Positions 63,571-64,000 of a stretch of 64,000 nucleotides of DNA are shown piece by piece (within the stretch, counting starts at the first letter, position 1; each line of letters starts with the position of its first letter). Under the pieces are notes generated by a model. The model was not told the origin of the DNA. It did no database searches and was given only the letters and a program-made list of their open reading frames with translations. The position numbers and the translations under genes were made by a program. Source of the DNA: an uncultured Chloroflexia bacterium (GTDB lineage Bacteria > Chloroflexota > Limnocylindria > Limnocylindrales > CSP1-4); the NCBI GenBank assembly GCA_963766735.1, contig CAVYBU010000021.1, positions 32,001 through 96,000 on the forward strand, in the 5' to 3' direction.

Positions 63571-64000
63571 ATGACGGCGGCTGGGGATCGGGCGGCCAAT
63601 GCGCGCGCCGCGACCGTCGCCTTCGAGCACGTCACGAAGACGTACCCGAGCGCCGGTCCGGGAGTGCCCGCGGCCGTCACCGACCTCTCCCTGACGGTGC
63701 CCGCCGGCCGGATCTGCGTGCTGGTCGGTCCGTCCGGGTGCGGCAAGACGACCACCCTCAAGATGGTGAACAGGCTGATCGAGCCGACGTCAGGCCGGAT
63801 CCTCATCGACGGGGCCGACGTTGCCGACGAGGATCCCACGGAGCTCCGGCGGCGGATCGGATATGTCATCCAGCAGGTTGGTCTGTTCCCGCACCTCACC
63901 GTCGGCGAGAACATCGTGCTGGTCCCCGATCTCCTGGGCTGGTCGGCCGCGCGTCAGCGCGAGCGGGCGGACGAGCTCCTGGGGCTCATCGGCCTGGACG
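63571..64000 (+). CDS. Osmoprotectant ABC transporter ATP-binding subunit (OpuA/ProV-like), truncated by the window edge
   Basis: GPSGCGKTTTLKMVNRLIEPTSG, IGYVIQQVGLFPH. Confidence 0.88.
   Translation, partial: MTAAGDRAANARAATVAFEHVTKTYPSAGPGVPAAVTDLSLTVPAGRICVLVGPSGCGKTTTLKMVNRLIEPTSGRILIDGADVADEDPTELRRRIGYVIQQVGLFPHLTVGENIVLVPDLLGWSAARQRERADELLGLIGLD

Overview
High-GC bacterial chromosomal window, probably Chloroflexota or Actinomycetota-like (inference from gene style and many apparently leaderless genes). It holds about 55 CDS and I recognised no tRNA, rRNA, CRISPR, integrase or transposase. Core functions are AlaX tRNA editing, three-gene NAD(P) transhydrogenase, asnS, a TetR-fadN-fadA-fadE-fadD beta-oxidation operon and an ExeM/NucH secreted nuclease. 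Accessory content includes many oxidoreductases and hydrolases, two ABC exporters, and an ECF sigma with a beta-propeller anti-sigma. Eight genes carry single-base frameshifts, mostly in homopolymers, which are most likely long-read errors. The best second-look items are: (i) an integrase-free 1.86-kb decarboxylase cassette bracketed by a duplicated 3' end of alaX with an 86-bp identical core; (ii) a roughly 400-nt non-coding region with nested long-range helices (candidate structured RNA); (iii) a 688-aa orphan with GT-A-like motifs divergent from a Ser-nucleophile C69-like hydrolase; (iv) genes collapsed by large internal deletions; (v) a Glu-substituted pseudo-receiver regulator and an SRPBCC-MBL fusion.
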